Source: Octopus vulgaris (Eukaryota). From it: a stretch of DNA of 64,000 nt. Shown piece by piece: positions 53,548-64,000 of the stretch. Under the pieces are notes generated by a model, which was not told the origin of the DNA, searched no databases, and saw only the letters and a program-made list of their open reading frames with translations. The DNA lies in the NCBI GenBank assembly GCA_951406725.2, contig OX597833.1, forward strand, positions 58,528,001-58,592,000, given 5' to 3'. How positions within the stretch are numbered: position 1 is the first letter of the stretch; every line of letters starts with the position of its first letter. Position numbers and translations under genes: made by a program.

Positions 53548-54167
53548 TTTGCTGTCAACTTCGGAATTTTTTCTTTAGATTTTTTTTTTGTCTGATTAAG
53601 CTACAAAAACTAGACTATTGGCAAACTGGCATACCTCTAGACAACTAGACTTATACCGTTTTTTTCTGGCCTACAGGACTATAGTTAACAGAAGGGCGCT
53701 GAGAACTGAGCCTTGATATACTCCAGCTTACATGTTAAATTCCTTATAGAATTTATTGTTGTCAACTTCAGAATTTTTTTAAAGATTTTTTTTGTCTGAT
53801 TAAGCTATGGAAACTAGATTATTGGCAAATTGGCATTCCTCTAGTCAACTGGACTTACACCATTTTTTCTGGCCTACTGGACTATAGTTAACAGAAGGGT
53901 GCTGAGAACAGAGCCTTGATATACTCCTACTTGCATGTTAAATTCCTTATAGAATTTATTGTTGTCAAATTCAGAATTTTTTAAAGATTTTTTCGTCTGA
54001 TTAAGCTACGAATACTAGATTATTGGCAAACTAGCATTCCTCTAGACAACTGGACTTACACCATTTTTTCTGGCCTATAGGACTATAGTTAACAGAAGGG
54101 TGCTGAGAACTGAGCCTTGATATACTCCTACTTGCATGTTAAATTCCTTATAGAATTTATTGTTAAC
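53548..54167. repeat. About 205-bp tandem repeat, 3 copies
   Basis: gtcaa(c/a)ttc(g/a)gaatttt at 53554, 53761 and 53964. Confidence 0.95.
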
Positions 54168-55059
54168 TCTCATTTTGTTGACCCTTCCTTCTGAACATGG
54201 TGTGTATGACCCCCACAAGTTATTCGTGTACTCTTAGCTTTCTTAGTGGTCACCTGACAGCAGTGAAAGCTTGTTGAAAGCATTCTTAATGTTGGCAAAT
54301 ATTTGACTAAGAAAAATAAACATCAGCTGTTTCAGAAACTAGTTGTAGAAGATCCTGAAATAAAAACGATTTTGAAAACTGCTGTAACCATAGAAACAAT
54401 GCACGTGGCAAAGGATGAGATTATTTAGCTAATAAGCACAGCTCAGCGCAACCTTCATTGCCAAGTTAGAACCGTAGTGCCAAAACAATGTGTCTGATAT
54501 GAAATTCGAGATGAGGAATCTTTAACAAGAATGTGCCATCGTAAATATTTCTACTTAGCAAAGAAATGCCAAGCAACAATTTTAGACCTGTGTAGAATAA
54601 TCAGGAGCATTTCCATATATGATGCACCTATTAATAATGCTTCTCACACGATTAACTCAATAACGTCTCTGATAACAACAACAATGTCTTGTACAGATAT
54701 AAACCTTCATATTAAATGTGTGGAGAAATATGTGGCTTTTATGGCCTGTTGCCTAGGATATTAGTGACCCCAAGCGATAAGCGACAAAGCACTGGGAAAT
54801 GAAAGCAGATTGCTGAGTCAACACATGGAAGTTTATCTCTATTAATGGTATTTACCTTAATAATTATTCTGATAATATTTATCAGGTATGATAAATATTA
54901 ATCAGCTCCTCATAATCAGCTCATAATCAGCTCTCTCATAATCAGCTCTCTCATAATCAGCTCTCTCTCAGTTTATTTGTATTCTGTTCTTTTTCCACTG
55001 TCGGTGCCCCAGCGTGGCCACAGCCTCAAGGCTGAAACATATAAAAGGAGAACATTTTT

Positions 55060-55455
55060 ATTTCTTTATTGCCCACAGGAGGCTAAACATAGAGGGGACA
55101 AACAAGGGGATTAAGTCAATTAAATCGACCCCCAGTGCCTAACTGGTACTTATTTAATCGACCCTGAAAAGATGAAAGGCAAAGTTGACTTCGGCGGAGT
55201 TTGAACTCAGAACGTAACAGCAGACGAAATACCTATTTCTTTACTACCCACAAGGGGCTAAACACAGAGGGGACAAACAAGGACAGACAAACGGATTAAG
55301 TCGATTAAATCGACCCCAGTGCCTAACTGGTACTTATTTAACCAACCCTGAAAAGATGAAAGGCAAAGTCGACTTCGGTGGAGTTTGAACTCAGAACATA
55401 ACGGCAGATGAAATACTGCTAAGCATTTCGCCCAGCGTGCTAACGTTTCTGCCAG
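55060..55455 (-). mobile_element. Head-to-tail dimer of SINE family D
   Basis: Same junction gacgaaatacctatttctttactaccc as in the 17233 trimer. Confidence 0.87.
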
Positions 55456-56334
55456 AGCAGAAAGGATAACATTACACATCCATATTATTTGTTGGTAAGC
55501 TAGGATGGCCACATTAACATCAAATCTGACATGACTTAAAGGATCACTTAGGGTCTCAAAGCTTTCCAGTTTAGGGATCCTAATGTCATCGTTCTTGTTT
55601 TCACTGCCTTTGCTCTGTTTCACTTTGAATAATATTGCCTGCTGTGGTCTCCCTATGCCAAACAAAATATATGACTTGAAGTAGGACTAGAGGTCAGTTA
55701 TGAAAAATTAATTGCATGACCAGCCTGAATCCTAGGATGGCCAGAAAAAATTCTGACTCTTTTCTGTCTGAGATCTTAAAGATACTGGATCATCCTGATG
55801 TACAAAGCATATAAATTCACTTCTCATTTTGAATTTATTAAACAAAATAATTTCCATGTGTGATAATGAGGACTGCTTCTAATTATTTGACTTAGACAAA
55901 GTTATATTACAGAATTATTTAATTTTATTTCTCATATTTTCTGGAATACAAGTTATTCAAATATCATTGCTGTCTTTCCAAAACCCTGCTGCATTTCTCA
56001 TGTGATTTTTAACCTTCCAAAGTTGTCTTGATGTGTAAATCAACCAACATTGTTCGAATGTAAAATTTAATCTGAAAAATTTGACTTGTAACACCAGAAG
56101 AAACTGTATATAATAAATTAACAAAAATGTAGCAGGGGAATTTAAAATACTCTTATCATCCATTTTGTTGCTTGAAACAATTAATTAAAAAAATATTCTT
56201 AAAGAGGGCAAAGGTTTCCTAGGACCAAACAGGAGTAATGTACAAGAGTGAGTAGACAAAACAGACACAGGTGAAATAAATAGTTTGAGGATTTCATATT
56301 ATTCCAGTATTGCAATTAATTTGGAATATCTTTT

Positions 56335-56761
56335 GGATCTTTTCGGTTTGAACGGCAGTTTTTTAATATAATTTCCATGTAAATAAACATTTTTAAACTT
56401 GGTATACTGGTAGAATGTGTTTATAAAACATCTTTTTCTCTTGGCATTATAGAGAAAATTCTATAGTTTGTAAGATATTTGTTGTTTTTTCTTCTTCAAT
56501 TTCTGCAATTTCAACCAATCACTGACGTCTATTGAGGTGAAAACATTCTGTGCCATATGAATATGTCCCTCGTTTAAGAAACAGATTGGGTTTATTTACA
56601 TTTGTGAAGAAAAAAAGATACCCTTACCCCTAACCCTAACCCAACCGTAACTAACCCTAACACAGATTGAAATGCAATAGATCGATACTAGGGTCATAAT
56701 TATGGGTGACAATTTCATATGACACCGCTAGAAAAAATTGCCGTTCAAACCGAAAAGATCC
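56335..56761 (+). mobile_element. Merlin-like MITE
   Basis: TIRs ggatcttttcggtttgaacggca; perfect 8-bp TSD tatctttt. Confidence 0.88.
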
Positions 56762-57034
56762 TATCTTTTACTTGTTTCAGTCATTGGACTGTGGCCATGC
56801 TGGGGTACACCTTGAAGGCAAATGGTCAAACAAAGTGACCTGTGTTTATTTCTTTATTTTAAAGCCTAGTACATATTCTGTTGGTCTCTTGCCAAACTGC
56901 TAAGTTATGGGAGATATTATCAAACCAACACCACTTGTCAAGTGGTGGAGGGGAAACAAGTGCAAATGCTTGCGCACACACACATCTATGCAGACAACAA
57001 GCTTCTTTCAGTTTCCATCTACCAAATCCAACTC

Positions 57035-57491
57035 GGTGACTGGTATCCTTTGCTAGTGAAGCGCTAAGAGTACCATACGAGTGAGATCGTTGCCAGAGCA
57101 ACAAGCTGGCCTTTGTGCCGATGGCACATTAAAAACACAATTTGAGTGTGATCATTACCTGCGTCTCCTTACTAGCACTTGTGTTGGTGGCATGTGAAAA
57201 AAACAGCATTCGAGCCAAGTTGTTGCCAGTGCCGCTGGACTGGCTCCTGTGCAGGTGGCACATAAAAAGCACCATTTGAGCGTGGCCGTTGCCAGTACCA
57301 CCTGACTGGCCCTTGTGCCAGTGGCACGTAAAAGCACCCACTACACTCTCAGTAGTGGTTGGCGTTAGGAAGGGCATCCAGTTGTAGAAACACTGCCAGA
57401 TCAGATTGGAGTCTGGTTTGCCAGACCTCAGTCAAATTGTCCAACCCATGCTAGCATGGAAAGCAGATGTTAAACGATGATGATGATGATG
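57035..57491 (+). mobile_element. SINE family C, longest copy (4-5 modules), nested in an old minus-strand SINE A (56762-57625)
   Basis: Flanked by aaatcca on both sides. Confidence 0.82.
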
Positions 57492-58496
57492 AAATCCACT
57501 GACAAGGCTTTGGTTGCCCTCATCTATAGTAGTAGACACTTGCCCGAGATCCCACACAGTGAGACTGAACTCCAAACCGTGGGGTCGAGAAGCAAACATC
57601 TTACCATACAGCCACACTTGCACCTGTACCATAAAAAAATTAGAGCAATTTAGTAAAATAATTGACTTCCGCATTATTAAGCTGGTGTTTGGTTTTGGAA
57701 CATAAACAAGATGTTCTTAGATAAAATTATGTGAGAATGTCTTAAATGTAAACATTTCAAAACAGATGTTTTTTTTTTTAATCATGGAACCCTAAGCAGT
57801 CTCAGGTGGGTTGAAATCTAGGGTTTAAGAGATTTCCTGAGAGACCCTAAGTTTATCCTAACATAACTCTCATCATAGATTGCCATCTGCAGGATCATTC
57901 TTTTTCTTCTAACGAACAAAATAGCTGAACGACAAAACAGATGATGAGTTGTCATTATTATTAAGATTTAATGTCCATCATCATCATCATCATCATCTAG
58001 CATCTGTTTTCCATGCTGGCACAGGCTGAACGGTTTCCAGTTGACCACAGAACTGCAAAGAGGTCCATTGTCAGCTTCCACATCATTTCTATTGCTAAAC
58101 ATCCGTCTTAACGCCGACCACTTTACAGTGTATACCGGCGTCCTCTTTTGTGCCACCGGCACTAATGAAGTCACAAGATAAACTTGCAAGATAAGAATGG
58201 ACAGGGAAAAAAGAAAAAAATCCCCTCAACTAAGTCAAGTGGGGGTATTAAGAGCAATGGTGGTGGTTGTATGTCAGGTGTTGAGAGATTAAAGTATGAC
58301 ATGGGTTTGATGGGTCATTAAAGTCTGAGTCATTTTATATTTGGTGTTAGTATTCTCACAGACAGCTTAAAAGACCACGTCTCACTTGTTTTAATTTATG
58401 GTAGTTTTTATGGCCTAATGCCCTTCTTATCATCCGACACTTATTATTAAGATATTGCACACTATCTTACAATATGCAGTTTCATAATTCTGTTTT

Positions 58497-58762
58497 CATC
58501 ATCATCATCATCATCATCATTTAGCGTCCGTTTTCCATGCTAGCATGGGTTGGACGGTTTAACTGGGGTCTGTGAAGCCGGAAGGCTTCATCAGGCCCAG
58601 TCAGATTTGGCAGTGTTTCTACGGCTGGATGCCCTTCCTAACGCCAACCACTCCGTGAGTGTAGTGGGTGCTTTTTACGTGCCACCCGCACAGGTGCCAG
58701 ACGGAGCTGGCAAACGGCCACGAACGGATGGTGTTTTTACATGCCACCGGCACGGGGGCCAG
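58497..58762 (-). mobile_element. SINE family C, 2 modules
   Basis: Sequence match to family C. Confidence 0.85.
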
Positions 58763-59202
58763 GCGTATAATTCAGAATTGGATCAAGTAAAGAGAAGATT
58801 GTGTTGTACTTGCTTGATTCAGTCCTCCATTCCTTCTCTGCAAATGTGTGGCCTTGTGTCCAAGTTGGACATTATTATTATTTTTATCATTATTATTATG
58901 GCCAGCATGAATGGACCAATTCTGAGGATACACTTGTAAAAAAAAAAAAGGTAATATAAAAGGAGAAAGGGGCTCTCTACCTACCTTTTGACCAGGCTTC
59001 CATGGCTTTTATGGGTTTTTCCATGAGTAACCTTTCGAAGCGCCTCCCCCCAATTGGGAGTTTTTACTTGTTATATTTTCGTTGTTATCTTGCATTTTTA
59101 CACAGACTTTTCAAACGGACAAAGCCCTTTTTGTAACTTTCATCCTGTATTTTGTCCTTACAAATTTTATTTGGTTTTTGTTAGCCCTTGTGGCCAATAA
59201 AC

Positions 59203-59204
59203 GA

Positions 59205-59257
<53 letters not shown>

Positions 59258-59279
59258 CATCATTATTATTATTATTATT
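59203..59279. repeat. (ATT)n microsatellite
   Basis: Direct observation. Confidence 0.95.
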
Positions 59280-59618
59280 GAGGCAGTCAAATTTTGCACC
59301 ACAAAAGAGGGAGTTTATAGGAAGGACTGTTTATAATGGATCATGGACATACCATCTGGGTAGAGAAGGTAGGCAGTTCCTACCCAGACTAGTCATCATT
59401 CTAACATCCACATTTCCATGCTTGCACGGTTCAAATGGAATTTTGTTGAGGCAGACTTTCTACAGCTGGATGCCCTTCTTGTTGCCAGCCCTCGTCTGTT
59501 TCCAGGGAAGGTAACATTCACCCATGACCTGATGCCTTCCCAGGGAAGATTGGAAATTGGAGTCTGCTTGCTTGAATGGTGATATTCATTTATAACTACC
59601 ATGTCAAGGCAAGGAGAC

Positions 59619-59658
<40 letters not shown>

Positions 59659-59872
59659 ACACATTTACATACACATCCATGCATGCACACACACATGCTC
59701 ACACATACACACACATATACATATATATGATAGGCTTTGGATGGCTCACAGGTATAGTAGAAGTCACATGCCCAAGATTTCACACTGGGATTGAACTTGG
59801 AACCATGTGTTTGGGAAGCAAAGTTCTTACCACACAGCCACACCTGCTGCTGTATAATTATATATATACATA

Positions 59873-60459
59873 CTAGCAGTATCGCCCGGCGTTGCTCGGG
59901 TTTGTTTTCTTTTCGACCCTTTTGAATTGGAATTTTCGAAAAGTAAAAATTTTGCATTATGTAGCTTGTTATTCTCTTTAAGTGAACATTTTTCTGGTTG
60001 AAATACACCGAAAAATGGCGACACAGCAGTCAAAAAAAATTTGTAAAAAATAGGGATTTTCATAGAAAAAATGCACCTTTTTGATGTAAATAATTTTTGG
60101 TGTTAACATGGTCCGATTTGAATTTTTTCTTCTACGGAATGAAGAGCAAGCCTTCTTCTATCATACTCTCAATTTTGGTCAACTTGTGCTGCAGGGTCTC
60201 GGAGGAGATAGTGTTAGTTGAAGGCTACCATACCTGCCACACACAGTCAACTTCAGCTTGATATAGAGAGATTTACTATCATTTTTGGTGTTAACATGGT
60301 CCGATTTGAATTTTTTCTTCTACGGAAGGAAGAGCAAGCCTTCTTCTATCATACTCTCAATTTTGGTCAACTTGCGCCACAGGGTCTCGGAGGAGATAGT
60401 GTTAGTTGAAGGCTACCATACCTGCCACACACAGACAACTTCAGCTTTATATATAAAGA
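59873..60459 (-). mobile_element. Non-autonomous Helitron with duplicated 5' end
   Basis: Same 3' hairpin and CTAG as 25333-25715; TC starts at 60459 and 60271. Confidence 0.85.
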
Positions 60460-61807
60460 TTGTTTATATTAAAGAAAAAAAATACTAAATATTAAATATT
60501 AAAAAGAGAAGGAAACATTTTGTAAAAATGGTAATTCTTTGTACAGCATCTTGTACATAATTTGGTAAATGTCTACCATTCTGATGTTATACACGTGCAA
60601 TGTCTGTCGCCTTTCAAGTTCAACGTGTATCGTGCGTGAATCCCTTTAAGCACACATGCTGTGAGCTAGTGCTCCCGCAGTCAGATAAATATAGCCCCAT
60701 GGAGGCAGCTGGGTTTCTGCTTGCTGCTCGTGCAAGCTAAGAGTGTGCATGTCTTTTAGCGTGCGTGCGTGTGTGTGTGTGTGTGTGTGTTTGTGTTTGT
60801 TTGTGTTGTGTCTGGTGATTGACTGGGATTTGTAAGATAGTTTTATTCCATGTGAGTAAACTGTTTGAAATAGTAATGAATATCTAGCTACCTACCTACC
60901 CATCTACCCACATACTTACCTGTCTGCCCTTCTACCTGCTCTCTACTCTTCTTTCTCTACCCCCACCCACCGCCGTCAGTCGCCCCCTCCCTCCCTTTCT
61001 CTCCTACCCTACGTTGCTCTTTTCTGTCTCTTCCCGCCTTCTACCTTTTCTGTCTGTCTGCCTGTCACTCAACTTCCACTCTCCACTCAGTCATAACATG
61101 GTGTGTACACACACACACAAGCACACACACACACACACACATACAAACACATACACACACACAACACACACACACACACACACAACACGCATACAAACAC
61201 TCACACAAACACAAACACACACACACACAATCACACAACACACACACACAAACAAAATATAATTTCATATAACAAAGTTAGAAAGTGCAAGCCCTCTAAC
61301 TGAAAAATTGTGGATTTGTATAAAGGACACACACACACACACAAACAAACAAACAAAATATAATTTCATATAACAAATATTTCGATAAACTAAAACTCCT
61401 ATTGTATGTAATACTGTATTCCAACAGAAGCACCACTGGAATCTTTTTTACTTCGTTTTTATGTTTTCACTATTTCCCATTTTTTTCTTTCATTTCTTTT
61501 ATTTTATTTCAAATGCTGACCTTTTTTAGTAATTCATTAATTACAGTAGTAACCTCTTTATTTTCTCTGTAGTGCAGCACGTGTTTTTCTAGCGAGCTCC
61601 TCTTTCAATACCAATTTTGGAGAAACTGTAAAATTACCTCACATTTTTGTCTCGCGCTTATCGATGCATTCACTGCCTTCTGCAGATTTCATTAACTTAT
61701 TTCTGCTTTTATTGTTTACTCAAATAATTTCTAACATCTGTGATAAAAGCCGACATCAATTTTACACTTTCACTGAGGTTAGAAGCTCTTTTTTTTTTTT
61801 ATTATAC

Positions 61808-62212
61808 TACTCTTTTACTTGTTTCAGTCATTTTTACTGCAGCCATGCTGGAGCACCACCTTTAATCGAGCAACTCGACCCCCGGGACTTATTCTTTTGT
61901 AAGCCCAGTACTTATTCTATCGGTCTCTTTTGCCGAACCGTTAAGTGACGGGGACGTAAACACGCCAGGATCGGTTGTCAAGCAATGCTAGGGGGACAAA
62001 CACAGACACACAAACACACACATGCATATATGTATATATACATATATACGACAGGCTTCTTTCAGTTTCCGTCTACCAAATCCACTCATAAGGCTTTGGT
62101 CAGCTCAGAGCTATAGTAGAAGACACTTGCCCAAGGTTCCATGCAATGGTACTGAACTTGGAACCATGTGGTCAGGAAGGAAATTTCTTACCTCACAGCC
62201 CACATCTGCACC
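61808..62212 (-). mobile_element. SINE family A
   Basis: Sequence match to family A. Confidence 0.88.
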
Positions 62213-62269
62213 TATGCACATCATCATCATCATCATCATCATCCAATACAAACAGCAACAGCAACAACA

Positions 62270-62725
62270 ATCCTTTCTACTATAGACACAAGGCCTGAAA
62301 TTTGGCAGGAGGAGACTAGTCGATTACATTGACCTCAGTGTATCACTGGTACTTAATTTATCGACCCTGAAAGGATGAAAGGCAAAGTCGACCTCGACAG
62401 AATTTGAACTCACAATGTAGTGATGGACGAAATACTGTTAAGCATTTTGCCCGGTGTGCTAACAATTCTGCCACCTCACTGCCTTAATAATAATGATAAT
62501 AATAATAATAATCCTTTCTACTATAGGCAAAAGGCTTATAATGGGAGGGGATGGAGGCAGTTGATTACACCAGTCCCAGTGTATCACTGGTACTTATTTT
62601 ATTGATCCTGAAACGATGAAAGGCAAAGTCGACCTTGGTAGAATTTGAACTCAGAACATAAAGACAGGTGATATGCTGTTAAGCATTTTGCCAGGCATGC
62701 TTATGATTTTGCTGGTTCACCGCCT
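62270..62725 (-). mobile_element. Two SINE family D copies
   Basis: 62270-62485 and 62510-62725. Confidence 0.8.
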
Positions 62726-62837
62726 TAAAAACAACAGCAACAAAAACAACAATAATAATAAAATAATGATATTACCAACAACAATTTTTGATATAGTCAC
62801 AAGACCGGACACTGGGGGCAGGGACTCTCTCTTTACT

Positions 62838-63150
62838 CCCCGGGACTTATTCTTTGTAAGCCCAGTACTTATTCTATCAGTCTCTTTTGCCGAACCGCTA
62901 AGTGACGGGGACGTAAACACACCAGCATCGGTTGTCAAGCAATGCTAGGGGAACAAACACACACACATACATATATCTATATACATATATACAACGGGCT
63001 TCTTTCAGTTTCCGTCTACCAAATCCACTCACAAGGCATTGGTCGGCCCGGGGCTATAGCAGAAAACACTTGCCCAAGATGCCACGCAGTGGGACTGAAC
63101 CCGGAACCATGTGGTTGTTTAGCACCACATGGTTCTGGGTTCAGTCCCAC
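62838..63150 (-). mobile_element. SINE family A with 5' inversion
   Basis: Head replaced by an inverted copy of the B-box region. Confidence 0.85.
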
Positions 63151-63410
63151 GTAGATAATTATATCAACTTCAATATTTGACTAACTTTATTTTATCAAAC
63201 GCAGTTGGATAGATGGCAAAGTTGACCCTGATGAAATATGAAACCGAGTGTAAAATGCTGAACCAAATACTGCAAAGTATAAAGTGTTGTAATTATATAC
63301 TCCAACCATGTTGTTGGCCTTGCCCTATTAATTTTTTTGTCATAGACCACTCAATCATAAAGGTGGTAATAAAACATTTTTACCTGTATAACTTAAATGA
63401 ATTTCGATGT

Positions 63411-63973
63411 TATCGGGTTGTCCGGAAAGTTCGTGCCGATTTATAGTAGCTTACCTTTCGACTCGTTTTAGAACATGGTTGAATCCATGAAATAGAATTT
63501 GACTACACCTCCATTTAGAGCACCGTTTAAGCTATCTTTTCGTGGAAGAAGGTTTATGTTCTTATAACCTGTGTTAATTCTGTAACCCTTTAAAATGGAA
63601 GATAAGAAAGTTCATTTTCAGCACTTGATGCTTTGGGAACCAGACAAAAATTGCTGCAGCTCGGCTGGGATGTGTTACCCCACCCTCCATATTCACCAGA
63701 TATTGCTCCTTCAGATTTTTCCACTTATTCAGGTCTCTGCAGAATAGTCTTAATGGTAAAAATTTCAATTCCTTGGATGACGTAAATAGATACCTTGATG
63801 AATTCTTTGCCATGCAACCACCTCAATTCTGGGAAGAGGGTATTTTCAAGTTAAAGGAAAGATGGAGACGCATTGTGCAACAAAATGGTTTATATTTGGT
63901 TGATTAAAAATGTAATGGCAAATATTTATTGACCTTTTTCTTTCCTTTAAAAATCGGCACGAACAACCCAATA
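63411..63973 (+). mobile_element. Internally deleted mariner element
   Basis: TA-flanked TIRs tcgggttgtccggaaagttcgtgccgattt (right TIR has a short deletion). MEDKKVHFQHLMLWE (ATG 63595) is joined to QKLLQLGWDVLPHPPYSPDIAPSDF...KLKERWRRIVQQNGLYLVD*. Confidence 0.93.
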
Positions 63974-64000
63974 CATTTAGAATAGAATAAGATCAATTTT

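Overview
AT-rich, repeat-saturated eukaryotic DNA, almost certainly cephalopod (Octopus-like SINE families; species assignment is recognition, not a search result). Only one convincing host coding segment was found: a 96-bp phase-1/phase-1 exon (51590-51685, +). It encodes GCLVRYSGLSLIYGILLLLTPLFKSPTIESLRG, matching exon 2 of Piezo mechanosensitive channels, so most or all of the window is probably giant Piezo introns 1 and 2. The rest consists of four interspersed SINE families (here A-D; only representative copies listed), CR1/RTE LINE relics, Tc1/mariner/maT transposase relics, Merlin-like, piggyBac-like and foldback MITEs, Helitron/Helentron non-autonomous elements, kb-long (TA)/(TG)/(CA) microsatellites and four local tandem arrays. 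The long ORFs in the track are microsatellite artefacts. Most interesting observations: Penelope-type minimal hammerhead ribozyme motifs in inserts within (TA)n tracts; a MITE flanked by a precise 145-bp duplication instead of its usual 8-bp TSD; a SINE built from tandem H-type-pseudoknot modules; and a satellite made of whole MITEs. Coordinates were counted by eye and repeat boundaries are approximate.
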